Source of the DNA: Verrucomicrobiales bacterium
GTDB lineage: Bacteria; Verrucomicrobiota; Verrucomicrobiia; Verrucomicrobiales; SLCJ01
Length of the DNA: 64,000 bases
Reading direction: 5' to 3'
NCBI GenBank assembly: GCA_046075565.1
Contig: JBJTQJ010000031.1
Coordinates: forward strand, 1 to 64,000
Under the pieces are notes generated by a model. That model did not search any database. It was not told where the DNA came from and was given only the letters and a program-made list of their open reading frames with translations. Below, piece by piece: positions 10,582 through 21,225 of this stretch (positions are counted from its first letter, which is position 1; the number at the start of each line of letters is the position of its first letter). The position numbers and the translations under genes are program-made.

Positions 10582-12420
10582 ATGCCCGACGCCCCGCTCG
10601 CCTACCTCTACTCTCGTTACCCCGTCGTCTCGCAGACCTTCTGCGATTCCGAAATGCTCGCGATGGAGGCCATGGGCCGCGACTTGGTTATCGGTTCGTT
10701 GTATCCACCCAAGAATAGCTTCCGGCACGAGCGGCTCGCCCGTCTGAAGGCACCCATTCACTACCCGCCCCCGCCTGCCGTATTGAAAGACCTGCGGAAG
10801 GAAGCGGAAAAGGACGGAAGCTGGCCGGCGGAAATGATCGCCCGCCACGTTCGAGATTACGGAACATCCTTCCAAGCCGCCACGCGGGCGCGGAATGCCC
10901 TCTGGTTCTCCCGATTATTCCAGCGTCTCGGTGTTCGACATGTGCACGTGCATTTCGCCAACCGCGCCACCCACACCGCTCTTTTCATCAAGGAAATCTC
11001 CGGCATTCCTTTCAGCTTCACACCGCATGCCCAGGATTTCCTCGTCGATCTGGGAAGCGATGCCTTGCTCGCGGAAATGTGCGAAGCCGCCACCGCCGTC
11101 GTCGCGGTGAGCGATTTCAGTCTTGGTTTGCTCAAACAAAAGTGCCCGTCCGCCGCCGACCGCATGACCCGCGTCTACAATGGAATCGAACTCGATGGTT
11201 TTCCTTCCGCGCGAGGCTCTGGTGGTGGCTTTCATATTGTTAGTGTCGGAAGGCTCATCGAGTTCAAGGGATTTCATCATCTCATCAAAGCTATCGCGAC
11301 GCTCCACCAACAAGGTTTGCCCGCGACCGCCGAGATCATCGGCGAAGGCCCGTGGCGCGGCGAGTTGGAGTCGCTCATATCATCCCTCGGGCTCGATGAC
11401 TCGGTGCGTCTCGCGGGCGCGCTCTCGCAAGAGCAAATCAAACATGCGCTTTCCAAAGCCGATGTCTTCTGCCTTGCCTGCACCACCGACGCGAAGGGGG
11501 CGACCGACATTCTGCCCACCGTGATCACCGAAGCGATGGCCTGTGGTTTACCCGTGGTATCAACCCGGTTGGCCGGCGTGCCCGAAATGGTCGCCCATGA
11601 CCAGACCGGACTGCTCGTGGAGCCCGGCGACGTCCCCGGTCTCGCCGCCGCGTTGCGGGTTATTCAAGCTGATCCGGCCAAAGCGCGTTCCTTCGGATTG
11701 GCTGGTCGCGCCCGCGCCGAAAAATTGTTTTCCCTCAAGGTCACTGCTCCCGCGCTCTCCGGAATCTGGAGCGCCGGTGGTTGCCCGGTTCCCGAACGCG
11801 CGGCATCCGAAGAACCGGGCCACACACTCTGGCTTTTCCCGGAAGCCCCATCGAAGGATTCCTTCTCTGATGAAGCAAATTGGATCGTCGATCACTCGCC
11901 TGGCCACCGGATTCTCGCGTTTTCCGCCGCGGGAAATGCCCAAGCCACCGTGCCGCACCTTGATTACCTGCCGGACGGGATCGTGCTGGAAGCTGCTTGG
12001 CGAACCCATCCCGATTGGGTCGCCATCTGCGAGGCCATGCGCACCGAACTCGGTGGCTCGTTAGAGGGCGAGGTCTTCTTTCAAGCAGCCCGCCGTGCCG
12101 TGTGGTTGGCGGAGGAGGCACCGAAACGCGGGGTTCTCCACTTGCATGCCGCCCGATCCCCCGCCGTGTTGGTGGCGTGGCTCGCCGCCCGTCTGGCCCA
12201 TCTCACGTTTTCCGGATTGCTCGAACCTTCTCACGATCTCGATAGTAAGATCGTGGCGCGCATCACCGAATCTGCCCGCTTCATCGCGGGCACGAAGGAG
12301 AATCCGGATCCGCTCGGGCTCGCGGCCCAGGCTCCGAAAAAGCGGGGTCTATTCGCGCGCGCGACCGCCGATCGACCGGATGCGACAAGCGTCTTGAATG
12401 AATGGTTCCATAAACGCTGA
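10582..12420 (+). CDS. Glycosyltransferase family 4 (WcaL-like) with C-terminal extension
   Basis: YPVVSQTF, HVHVHFA, FSFTPHAQD, SVGRLIEFKG, PTVITEAMACGLPVVST. Confidence 0.9.
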   Translation: MPDAPLAYLYSRYPVVSQTFCDSEMLAMEAMGRDLVIGSLYPPKNSFRHERLARLKAPIHYPPPPAVLKDLRKEAEKDGSWPAEMIARHVRDYGTSFQAATRARNALWFSRLFQRLGVRHVHVHFANRATHTALFIKEISGIPFSFTPHAQDFLVDLGSDALLAEMCEAATAVVAVSDFSLGLLKQKCPSAADRMTRVYNGIELDGFPSARGSGGGFHIVSVGRLIEFKGFHHLIKAIATLHQQGLPATAEIIGEGPWRGELESLISSLGLDDSVRLAGALSQEQIKHALSKADVFCLACTTDAKGATDILPTVITEAMACGLPVVSTRLAGVPEMVAHDQTGLLVEPGDVPGLAAALRVIQADPAKARSFGLAGRARAEKLFSLKVTAPALSGIWSAGGCPVPERAASEEPGHTLWLFPEAPSKDSFSDEANWIVDHSPGHRILAFSAAGNAQATVPHLDYLPDGIVLEAAWRTHPDWVAICEAMRTELGGSLEGEVFFQAARRAVWLAEEAPKRGVLHLHAARSPAVLVAWLAARLAHLTFSGLLEPSHDLDSKIVARITESARFIAGTKENPDPLGLAAQAPKKRGLFARATADRPDATSVLNEWFHKR

Positions 12421-12520
12421 AAGCGGATCCGTATCACTGCGTGCGCCGTTTGACAGCCGGAATGGATTGAGTCTCCCACCAGTCCCTCAGTTTCGGAAAG
12501 GAGCACACCGGCGAGGGAGA

Positions 12521-14299
12521 TCACTCGAGTAATTCGGGATAGGCCTCGCGTGCCATGGCCACGCAACGGGCGGCGATTTCCGGCGTGTCGAGTCCATTGA
12601 GCGCGGCTTCTGTTAGTTCACGGCATTTTTCCAAAGAGAGGGAACGCACGGCCCGCTTCACGCGCAGGACTTGCCGGGGACCGACACTCAATTCGTCCAC
12701 GCCAAGACCGATAAGCAAGGGCGAGAAGAGCACGTCGCCGGCGGCTTCGCCGCAAACCCCGACCCAGACGCCCCGTTTCGCGGCCGCTTTGACGACCGTG
12801 TCAATCAGACGCAGCACGCCGGGGTGCATCGGTTCATACAACCCGGCCACCCGTTCGTTCACGCGGTCCACCGCGATGGTGTATTGGGTCAGGTCATTCG
12901 TGCCGATACTGAAAAAGTCAACTTCCGGGGCGAGCAGATCGGCGGCCATGGCCGCGCCGGGCACCTCGATCATCGCGCCGATGGGAATGTTTTCATCGAA
13001 TGCTTTGCCCTCGGCACGCAGTTCATCCATACACTCGCGGGTGATTGCCCGGGCGGTGCGCATCTCGTCGCGGGTCGCAACCATCGGGAACATGATGAGC
13101 GCCTTTCCGTAGCCGCTCGCGCGCAGGATGGCCCGGAGCTGGGTCTTGAAGATTTCTGTTTCCTCGAGGGAAACACGGATGCCGCGCCAACCGAGGAAGG
13201 GATTTGGTTCGGGGGCGTGATGGCGCGCGGTTGGCAACTTGTCGCCTCCGATATCGAAGGTGCGGAAGATCACACCTTCTGCGCCGACTTCACGCACGGC
13301 TTGCGTGTAGGCGAGGAATTGTTCCTCTTCCGTGGGCAAGGTATCGCCCTTCAGATAGAAGAATTCGGTGCGGAAGAGACCGACCCCTTCCGCGCCTTGT
13401 TCCTTCAATACCGGAATTTCACCGAGGAATTCGATGTTGGCGGCCAGCTTCAATCGGCGGCCATCGGTCGTCACCGCCGGCTGATCGCGCAAGTCCTGCA
13501 ACTGCACGCGGATTGCGGAGCGCCTTGCTTCCAGACGTTCGTAGGCCCGCAGGGTTTCGAGCGTCGGATTCACGATCACCAGTCCGAGATAACCATCGAC
13601 CAGCACATCGGCGCCCGATTCCAGCTCATCCGTGATATCAGGCAAACCCACGACCGCCGGTATGCCGAAGGACCGCGCGAGAATGGCCGTGTGTGAGGTG
13701 TGGCTACCGAGTTCGGTAACAAATCCGCGCACCAGTTCGCGATCCATGGCCGCCGTGTCGGATGGCGAGAGATCCTTGGCCACCAGCACATGCGGATAAT
13801 CCGGCAAACTGGCCGCCCGGTCCTTTTCACTTCCAAGATCGCGGAGATTGCGTAGCACACGTTGCGCCACATCCTCCATATCCACCGCCCGTTCGCGAAG
13901 ATACTCGTCCTCGATGCCATCGAAGGCCTCCTGATACCGCATCATCACCTGATAAAAGGCGGCATCCACGGCGAGCCGTTGCTCGCGCAAGGTGCGCTCG
14001 ACCTCGTTCAATAGAACGGAGTCCTCGAGGATGAGGACGTGGGCATCGAAGATCCCTGCTTCCCGGCCTTCGCCGGCCTCATCGAGTTTTTTCTTCAATG
14101 CCTCAACCTGTTCCTTGGTGGCCTCGAGTGCCTCCCCGAAACGCTTCCATTCCGAATCCAGCTCGGAAACCGGCACCACCCTTGCCACCGGCAGGATCAC
14201 GCCGCCCACCACCAGATGGACCTCGGCCCGCGCCACGCCGGGCGACACGCCGATGCCTCGCCAGCGGCGTTCGGTGCGTTCGGGTGTCGGGACCGGCAT
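12521..14299 (-). CDS. ptsI: Phosphoenolpyruvate-protein phosphotransferase (PTS enzyme I)
   Basis: GIGVSPG, TSHTAILARS (phospho-His), GVGLFRTEF, EPNPFLGWRGIR, FFSIGTNDLTQY, GVCGE; start at MPVPT (14299). Confidence 0.95.
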   Translation of the reverse strand: MPVPTPERTERRWRGIGVSPGVARAEVHLVVGGVILPVARVVPVSELDSEWKRFGEALEATKEQVEALKKKLDEAGEGREAGIFDAHVLILEDSVLLNEVERTLREQRLAVDAAFYQVMMRYQEAFDGIEDEYLRERAVDMEDVAQRVLRNLRDLGSEKDRAASLPDYPHVLVAKDLSPSDTAAMDRELVRGFVTELGSHTSHTAILARSFGIPAVVGLPDITDELESGADVLVDGYLGLVIVNPTLETLRAYERLEARRSAIRVQLQDLRDQPAVTTDGRRLKLAANIEFLGEIPVLKEQGAEGVGLFRTEFFYLKGDTLPTEEEQFLAYTQAVREVGAEGVIFRTFDIGGDKLPTARHHAPEPNPFLGWRGIRVSLEETEIFKTQLRAILRASGYGKALIMFPMVATRDEMRTARAITRECMDELRAEGKAFDENIPIGAMIEVPGAAMAADLLAPEVDFFSIGTNDLTQYTIAVDRVNERVAGLYEPMHPGVLRLIDTVVKAAAKRGVWVGVCGEAAGDVLFSPLLIGLGVDELSVGPRQVLRVKRAVRSLSLEKCRELTEAALNGLDTPEIAARCVAMAREAYPELLE

Positions 14300-14595
14300 A
14301 TCACGAAAATGGCGGTGTTTTTGTCCCGTTGCCAAGGAAAAATCGCCCCGCGGAGCCCGCTGGCTTGGACGAACGGCCCGAAAGGTCCGGCAGCCTCCGG
14401 TTGCGGTATTCGCAAAACGGGAGGGGAGAACGGTCCAATGCCGTGGAATCACACCAGGCCTTGAGGAGCCTACAGGTGGAGCCCCTCTGCTGAAAACTCC
14501 ACCACATGGTTCGATCTCATGGCCCAGATTCAGCTCGACGAAGTCATGCAGCTTGTTCCAAAGTCGAAAGCGAAAACCCTGAGCTTCATCTTCCC

Positions 14596-15210
14596 ATGAA
14601 AACGCTCCTTCTATCCTTGTTGCTCCTGGCAATTCCCGCCGTGGACATTTGCCACGGAGTTCCGACGACAGAAAGGCCTGCCGCCGCGCCCAAGTCCGAC
14701 CCATTCCGTATCCCTGCCGAACCCTTCGCGAAGCACCCGCCGGCACAGAGGCTTTTGGACCGGGCAAAACTCGACCATCGTCTGCTCTCGGCGGCCATTT
14801 TTCATGCCACCAACCGCCAACGAACCGCCCACAAATTTCCTCCACTCGTTCATTCCGAAGCATTGAGCCGTGCCGCCCAGGGGCATAGCAACGCCATGGC
14901 CGCGGGTGGATTCTTTGCCCATGACAACCCGAAGGATCGCGACCGCAAGACCATGAAGCAACGCCTCGAACTGGAGGGCATCAAAGAGGGGTTCCGATCG
15001 GAAAACATCGCCAAGACGCCCGTTCAAGGTCTTACCTACCTCAGCGCCGCCGATGCCATGGTCGCGCAGTGGATGAAATCCCGCCGCCATCGGAATGCGA
15101 TCCTCGACCGGAAGATGCTTTATCTCGGCTGCGGTGGGCAAGTCGATCCGTTGTCACCACATTTTTACATCCTTGGCACGCAGAATTTCGCGTCCTCGCT
15201 TCCGCCGTGA
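14596..15210 (+). CDS. Secreted CAP (SCP-like) domain protein
   Basis: Signal peptide; TNRQR...LSRAAQGHSNAMA...FFAH, SENIA, WMKSRRHRNAIL. Confidence 0.85.
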   Translation: MKTLLLSLLLLAIPAVDICHGVPTTERPAAAPKSDPFRIPAEPFAKHPPAQRLLDRAKLDHRLLSAAIFHATNRQRTAHKFPPLVHSEALSRAAQGHSNAMAAGGFFAHDNPKDRDRKTMKQRLELEGIKEGFRSENIAKTPVQGLTYLSAADAMVAQWMKSRRHRNAILDRKMLYLGCGGQVDPLSPHFYILGTQNFASSLPP

Positions 15211-15246
15211 CGGTGTCGTGCTACTTCACTTGGCGGGCAGAATGCC

Positions 15247-15696
15247 TCACGGCATCTTTTCCAGCTTCGTCACCGGGCGTTCGGGATAACGGGAGCCGTC
15301 GTGGTTCATGTAGCGGTGTTCCCATTCGAGTATCACCTTGTCGCCGGGTTTGAGGGCGTTGATTTTGGCAAGGAGGTTGGCGGGCACTTTCTCGTTCTTC
15401 TTGTTGTCTTCAATGAGGAACTGGAAGTCTTTCTGTTTTGGATCTCCATATTCGCCCGCCTTCTGGTAATCCGTGTATTTGTCGATGGTGAAGGTGACCA
15501 TGGTGCCGGAGTGGCCGCATTGGTCGGGACATAGCGAGGTCCGGCCCAGGCATTTGTGCTGGCGGGTGCCTTTGAACGTGGCTTCCGTTTTGTGGACGGC
15601 GAGCAGATCGTAGGGAATCGCTTTGTCTTCCGCTTGCCCGATGGAGAGCAGAAGGGCCTTGGCGACGAGTATTCTTGTGAAGGTGCGGGTGTTCAT
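15247..15696 (-). CDS. Secreted hypothetical protein with a three-Cys motif
   Basis: ATG overlaps the pyrC stop (ATGA); signal-peptide-like N-terminus; [16 protein letters not shown]. Confidence 0.7.
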   Translation of the reverse strand: MNTRTFTRILVAKALLLSIGQAEDKAIPYDLLAVHKTEATFKGTRQHKCLGRTSLCPDQCGHSGTMVTFTIDKYTDYQKAGEYGDPKQKDFQFLIEDNKKNEKVPANLLAKINALKPGDKVILEWEHRYMNHDGSRYPERPVTKLEKMP

Positions 15697-16724
15697 GGTT
15701 TCGGAATGGGTAGGGGAGAGGCCTTCCAAGGCAAGGTGCGACCGGCTTCCATGGGAATGACGGTTTCTTCTCCGCCGCCGTAGCTGGCCGGGATGGTCCA
15801 CGGTTCCTTGGTGAGGACAATCATTTTCCTGGTGGAGGCAAAGCCGTGGATGGCGCGCGCGCGCCCGCCGACAAAGTCGCCGAGTTTGTCGAGTGCGTTA
15901 TGCCTCTCGAACAATTCCGCCAGACGCGCGAGGGCGAGGGGTGCCGTGAAGACACCGGCCGCGCAGCCGCAGCATTCCTTTTTGTGCCGGGGGTGTGGCG
16001 CGGAATCACTGCCGAACATGAGTTTCGGGTGGCCGGACAAGGCGGCGGCCAGCAGCGCTTCGCGGTCCTCCGGACGTTTGGCAATTGGTTTGCAAAAGAG
16101 GTGAGGGTTGAGCAATCCACCCGCGACATCATCGAGGGTGATGACGAGGTGTTGGAGGGTGACAGTGGCGTGGAGATTTTCGTAACGGTCGAGTAATTCC
16201 ACGGCACCGGCGGTCGTGATGTGCTCCATGGTGATGCGCAGCTTGGGAAATTCCGTGGCCATCCATTCGTAGGTGTCGAGGAATTCCGTTTCACGATCCA
16301 TGACGAAGCCATGGCTTTCGCCGTGGACCATCAATGGGATGCCCATCTCTTCCATCCGGCGCAGGGTGGGCACGGCATCCGCCATCGCGCGCACACCGCC
16401 TTCCGAGTTGGTGGTAGCGCCTTCGGGATACAATTTGATCCCGAAAAGATGAGGGCGGGCTTTCTCCAGTTCCGTTTCGCTGTAGTCGCGGAAAAACAAC
16501 ATCATCAGCGGGTCGAAATCGTGCCCGGCGCAGGCAGCGAGGATTCGTTCCCGGTAGGCAAGCAGGCGCTCCAGTGAATCAACCGGCGGGACGAGGTTGG
16601 GCATGATGATCGCCCCCGCGAAGGTTTCCGCGCTCAACGGAGCCACCACCTCGAGCATTTTCCCATCGCGGAGATGGAGGTGCATGTCGAGGGGAGAGTC
16701 TAAGAGGATTCGGTTTTCCGTCAT
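15693..16724 (-). CDS. pyrC: Dihydroorotase (homodimeric type)
   Basis: [47 protein letters not shown]. Confidence 0.96.
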   Translation of the reverse strand: MTENRILLDSPLDMHLHLRDGKMLEVVAPLSAETFAGAIIMPNLVPPVDSLERLLAYRERILAACAGHDFDPLMMLFFRDYSETELEKARPHLFGIKLYPEGATTNSEGGVRAMADAVPTLRRMEEMGIPLMVHGESHGFVMDRETEFLDTYEWMATEFPKLRITMEHITTAGAVELLDRYENLHATVTLQHLVITLDDVAGGLLNPHLFCKPIAKRPEDREALLAAALSGHPKLMFGSDSAPHPRHKKECCGCAAGVFTAPLALARLAELFERHNALDKLGDFVGGRARAIHGFASTRKMIVLTKEPWTIPASYGGGEETVIPMEAGRTLPWKASPLPIPKP

Positions 16725-16776
16725 GGCCGTCGTAAATCTACCGCGGAATCAAAAAAGAAAAACCCGGAATCGGAAC

Positions 16777-17985
16777 TTATATTTCCACCTTGAGGGCCTT
16801 TGCTTTCTCCAAATCCACCTCGACACCGAGGCCGGGGCCGGTAGGCGGCTGCAGGTAGCCGTCTTTCACGACCAAGGAATCCTTCAAGATGCAGCCGTTG
16901 AGGAATTGCGGGCCGTTCAGAGCGGCGGGTTTTTGCAATTCCCTCGTTCCATAGACCGCGATGGTGGCGGCTAGGGAAATGTCGGGATCGGTGAGCCCGC
17001 TGCCGAGCCAGAGCAGGCCGCGTTCGCGGAGGAGATCGATCTGCGCCATACACGTGGTGATGCCGCCGACGCGCGCCGGTTTCGCGGCCATGCCGTTCAT
17101 CATGCCGAGGGCAAGGAACTCCTCGAGGTCGCGCAGGCTGATGACACCTTCATCCATGAGGATGGGCAGTGCATTGAGTTTTGTGATCTTCTGATAGGCG
17201 CGGATGAGGTTCGGTTTCATCGGTGCCTCGAGCACATCCGCTCCGGCCGCGGCAAGACGCGGAGCGGCCTTGAGGGCGGTCTCCTCGTCGTATCCTCCGT
17301 TCGCATCCGCCCAGAGAAATCCTTCGGGCGCGAGGCGGCGCACTTCGCGGGCGAGTTTCTCATCGAAGTCCAAATCGGGTGCAACCTTGATGTTAAAATT
17401 GCGGTATCCGAGGGCCGAGCCTTCCTCCATCGATTTGGCAACCTCATCAATGGATTTGACGTTCACCGTCCAGCTGAGCAGCAAGGGTTTCGGGGCGGGT
17501 TTTTGCCAGAGTTCATGCAGTGGCTTGCCGGCCGCGCGCCCGAGCATGTCCCAGACCGCAATGTCGATGCCCGCACGGGCGATGGGCATGCCGGTGGTGA
17601 AACCCGGCGCAATGGCCTGATCAAGCGCTGCATGCAAACCCGGTAAATCGGCGGGGTCGCGTCCGACGATAGCCGGGCCGAAATAATCGCGCAGCGCGAT
17701 GGCACATCCTTCAAGGGTTTCGTCGCTCCAGCGTGGGATAGGCACACTTTGACCCCAACCGACAGTCCCGTCATCCGCGGTCAAACGCACGAGCACGGCG
17801 GCGCGCCCGCCCTGGTTCCGGCCACCGTGGAAGAACTTGAAATACCCTTTCATCGGGTAAACCACCGGCCAAGTCTCGACGCGTTCGATGCGACGGGATC
17901 CCGGTGCTGCGGCAGCGGCCATGGCCACCGCCGGAAGAGCGGCGGTGGCGGTGGCAAGGAATTGTCGGCGTGGCATCGGAGGCAT
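16777..17985 (-). CDS. Enolase-superfamily (MLE/mandelate racemase-like) enzyme with Tat signal
   Basis: PRRQFL Tat motif; NFNIKV, DANGGY, EAP, MDE metal ligands; PTGPGLGVEVD. Confidence 0.85.
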   Translation of the reverse strand: MPPMPRRQFLATATAALPAVAMAAAAAPGSRRIERVETWPVVYPMKGYFKFFHGGRNQGGRAAVLVRLTADDGTVGWGQSVPIPRWSDETLEGCAIALRDYFGPAIVGRDPADLPGLHAALDQAIAPGFTTGMPIARAGIDIAVWDMLGRAAGKPLHELWQKPAPKPLLLSWTVNVKSIDEVAKSMEEGSALGYRNFNIKVAPDLDFDEKLAREVRRLAPEGFLWADANGGYDEETALKAAPRLAAAGADVLEAPMKPNLIRAYQKITKLNALPILMDEGVISLRDLEEFLALGMMNGMAAKPARVGGITTCMAQIDLLRERGLLWLGSGLTDPDISLAATIAVYGTRELQKPAALNGPQFLNGCILKDSLVVKDGYLQPPTGPGLGVEVDLEKAKALKVEI

Positions 17986-18006
17986 GGGAATCTGCTTTCA
18001 GGATGC

Positions 18007-19320
18007 TCAGGCCCGGTGCTTGTAGTCAAGCATGGAATTCGCCTCCGCATCGCCGGGGAAGGTTTCCGTCACCGGATCCCATATCAATTTACGGCCCAAC
18101 TTCATCGCGATGTGGGTAATGATGCAGATGGTATTCGAGCGATGGCCCACTTCCACCGGGCAAATGGGTTCGCGTCCTTCGCGGATGCTGGCGAGGAAAT
18201 CATCCATGTGCTGGGTGCTCACGGGCAGACGCTTTTCCCCTTCTCCGATTTTTTCACGGGCGAGCTCGCGCGGTTCGGTTTTCATGATCTCGCGGCTGAC
18301 CCAGAGTTTTCCTTTGTCGCCCTCCACCCACACGCCGGCATCACCGGTTTTACCTAACAAACGAACGCCATTCGCGAATTCTCCTTCCATGCTGAAGGTC
18401 GTGTGCACGTTGAAGAGTCCTCGTTGTGGGAATTCGCCGGCCGCTTTCACCTCGACGATGCCGCTGTCGTCGCTGCCATTCGCCCACTGCGCGATATCGA
18501 ACATGTGGGCTCCCCATCCGGTGACCATGCCGAGGCAGTAGTCTTCGATCTGCAACCACCCGGGCCGTCCAAATCCATCCTGCGGGTGCACACGGTCTTC
18601 GGTGTATTCGGCCAGTGGGCGCGGCCCCAGCCAGCCTTTGAAATCGAGATTCGCCGGGACGGGCATGGTTTGCGTGCGGCCGGTGCCGTGATCCGGCGGA
18701 AGCTGGGCCGTGATGGTGTGCACCTTGCCGAGGCGGCCATTGAGCGCGAGTTCGCAGGCTTCGCGGAAGCGTTTCGAGGAACGCTGCATCGAACCGGTCT
18801 GCAATACGACCTTGTGATCCCGCACCGCTTTGACCAGTTGTTGCCCTTCGGCGTGGGTGTAGGTGAGCGGCTTTTCCAGATAGATGTGTTTGCCTGCCAG
18901 GGCGGCGGCAATGGCCGGTCCGGCATGCTGGTGATCCGGTGTCGCGATGAGCACGCCATCCAAATCGGGGCGCGCGATGACCTCCCGGTAATCCCCATAG
19001 GTCGCACAATTGCTTTTCCACTCCGGAGTTTTTTCCGCGTAAAACTTGTCCACCATTTCCTTGGCCGATTGGGTGCGCTTGCTGTCGTAGTCGCAGACCG
19101 CCACCACCCTCGCCCCGCGTTTCAAGCCGTGATTGAGTAGATCACGCAGATCCCCAATCCCCATCCGGCCGACGCCGATGGCCGCGAATTCCATCTGCGA
19201 CGTCGCCGCCGCCTGACCCCGCGCCCAGCGTGGCAGAATCATCGGAGCCACCGCCACCGCCGCCCCAGCCAAAAAACGCCGCCGCCCAAACCGGATATTG
19301 TTGCATCCAATGATGTTCAT
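18007..19320 (-). CDS. Gfo/Idh/MocA-family oxidoreductase with Tat signal
   Basis: GRRRFL, IGVGRMG, IATPDHQH, YLEKPL, QTGSMQRS, WGAHMFD. Confidence 0.92.
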   Translation of the reverse strand: MNIIGCNNIRFGRRRFLAGAAVAVAPMILPRWARGQAAATSQMEFAAIGVGRMGIGDLRDLLNHGLKRGARVVAVCDYDSKRTQSAKEMVDKFYAEKTPEWKSNCATYGDYREVIARPDLDGVLIATPDHQHAGPAIAAALAGKHIYLEKPLTYTHAEGQQLVKAVRDHKVVLQTGSMQRSSKRFREACELALNGRLGKVHTITAQLPPDHGTGRTQTMPVPANLDFKGWLGPRPLAEYTEDRVHPQDGFGRPGWLQIEDYCLGMVTGWGAHMFDIAQWANGSDDSGIVEVKAAGEFPQRGLFNVHTTFSMEGEFANGVRLLGKTGDAGVWVEGDKGKLWVSREIMKTEPRELAREKIGEGEKRLPVSTQHMDDFLASIREGREPICPVEVGHRSNTICIITHIAMKLGRKLIWDPVTETFPGDAEANSMLDYKHRA

Positions 19321-19431
19321 GTCGGGAAATACACGGAGGAAAAGCCGGAACAATCATTGAATTTTTGGCAGGGGAGCTTGGTGCCGAAAAGCCCCCTTTG
19401 GAAAATCAAACGAGTTCATCGCGCCACCGTT

Positions 19432-19746
19432 TCATGGCTCATGATCCGGGACGATCTTCTGCGTCCTTTTCGGGAAGAAAGCTCTTACCATCAACCAAAA
19501 GGGCAGAATGACCACGAGCCAAGTTGCGATGTCGGCCAAGGGGATCAAGAGCATCCATGAATTTTCCTCTCCCGGATGAATGTAGGCGGCCAGAGCCGTG
19601 AGACTGATTGAGACAAACGGGACTGTGCCACGGTCGCATGCGCAATTCGGTTCACGCCGACGCAAGACCCGGCGCCAGTTTTTCACCGCCACTAGCACGG
19701 CAAGAAACAACGCCAACCCCGCCAGCCCGTAACGGAAATCGGTCAT
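19432..19746 (-). CDS. Small hypothetical membrane protein
   Basis: 104 aa with about 3 hydrophobic segments; fills the gap between genes. Confidence 0.5.
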   Translation of the reverse strand: MTDFRYGLAGLALFLAVLVAVKNWRRVLRRREPNCACDRGTVPFVSISLTALAAYIHPGEENSWMLLIPLADIATWLVVILPFWLMVRAFFPKRTQKIVPDHEP

Positions 19747-19882
19747 TGCTGATCAGATACCACAGCGAGGGGCCTCCCGCCAGACAAAATCTCCCTTTGG
19801 ACCTCCGGCCGGAGTCGGCACTCGAGCCGATTCCTTTGATTCCCGATTGCCGGAACTCCGCGGGAAAGGCACATTGCGCGAC

Positions 19883-21064
19883 ATGAAATACGGATTCTTT
19901 CTTGCGGCAATCGTTGCCACGCACATCACCACCACTTCCGTCGCCCTGTGTGATGACACCGCAAAGCCGGCCAAGGGATGGACGCAGAATTTGCTGCACG
20001 ACGGACCGCTTGCGGAATTCCAACCGGTCGCGAACTGGCATGGTGTTGCCAAGGTCGAGGCGGAGCCCGGAAAGCCCGGTTTGTTATCCGATGGAGAAGG
20101 AAAAATTCTGATCAACGCAACCGACAAGCAAACAAAGGCGCCTTACCTGCTGACGAAATCGCGTTACGGCGATGCACGTGTCGAACTTGAATTCATGATT
20201 CCGAAAGGCTCGAATGCCGGAGTCTATATGATGGGACGCTATGAGGTACAGATCCTCGATGGTTTTGGCAAAACCAAAGTCGGCTCCGGCGATCTTGGCG
20301 GCATTTACCAGCGATGGGATCCCGCCCGTGGCAAAGGCAAGGAGGGATTCGAGGGCATCGCGCCCAAGGTGAACGCCGCCAAGGCCCCTGGGGAATGGCA
20401 GACCATGAAGATCATCTTCCGGGCACCATTGTTTGATGAAGCGGGCAAAAAGACCGCCGACGCCAGTTTCGAGAAGGTTCTGGTGAATGGGGTGCTCGTG
20501 CAGGAAAACGCGACCACGACCGGTCCCACCCGTTCGTCGCCGCTGGAGGGAGAAGAGGCGCTCGGACCGATCGCCATTCAGGGCGACCACGGACCCATTG
20601 CCATCCGGAACTTCCGCGTGACTTCGCTGGACAAAGGTGACCAATCCCGTTTCACCGAACTGGATGCCTATTGGGCGGAAGTTTCCCGCGCGGTCAATGA
20701 AGGCGACTTTGAAGCCTACTCCGCCACCTGCCATCCGGAAGGTATTCTGGTGAGCGGCTCGAAAAACCATAGCCAACCCCTGGCCTCCGCCCTCGTGCGC
20801 TGGAAAAAAGACTTCACCGAGACCCGTGAAGGTAAGGTGAAATCACGGGTGGAATTCCGCTTTTCCAAGCGCGTCGGAGATGCCACCACCGCCCACGAAA
20901 CCGGCATCTTCTGTTACACCTCCCAGCAACCCGGCGGCGAGCCGAAAAGGGATTACGTCCACCTCGAGGCCCTCCTCGTGAAAAGGGATGGCGCTTGGAA
21001 GATCCTCATGGAGAACCAAATTGGCCCCGCGACCGAAGCCGAATGGCTTGCCTTCGTCCCTTAA
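19883..21064 (+). CDS. Secreted DUF1080 (3-keto-glycoside lyase/hydrolase family) protein fused to an NTF2/SnoaL-like domain
   Basis: Signal peptide; LEFMIPKGSNAGVYMMGRYEVQILD, GEWQTM, QGDHGPIAIRN; C-terminal WAEVSRAVNEGDFEAY...AHETGIF...WKILME. Confidence 0.85.
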   Translation: MKYGFFLAAIVATHITTTSVALCDDTAKPAKGWTQNLLHDGPLAEFQPVANWHGVAKVEAEPGKPGLLSDGEGKILINATDKQTKAPYLLTKSRYGDARVELEFMIPKGSNAGVYMMGRYEVQILDGFGKTKVGSGDLGGIYQRWDPARGKGKEGFEGIAPKVNAAKAPGEWQTMKIIFRAPLFDEAGKKTADASFEKVLVNGVLVQENATTTGPTRSSPLEGEEALGPIAIQGDHGPIAIRNFRVTSLDKGDQSRFTELDAYWAEVSRAVNEGDFEAYSATCHPEGILVSGSKNHSQPLASALVRWKKDFTETREGKVKSRVEFRFSKRVGDATTAHETGIFCYTSQQPGGEPKRDYVHLEALLVKRDGAWKILMENQIGPATEAEWLAFVP

Positions 21065-21225
21065 GAGGACAAGCGCCATGGCATCCATCCCGGTGGCCGG
21101 CTCGGGCGGATGGTCGGCCATGTCCTCGGAGGGCGGGAAAACCCGGTCCTGCAGGGGTGGTGGTTTTTTCTTGCCATGCCGACGGGTTTCGGGTGATAGT
21201 CGCCGCTAGAAAGAAAAACACGGGT

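Noticed and set aside
14300-14863. Long N-terminal extension of ptsI in the ORF track
   Set aside because: Overlaps the divergent CAP gene and is not GAF-like; EI homology starts near 14299
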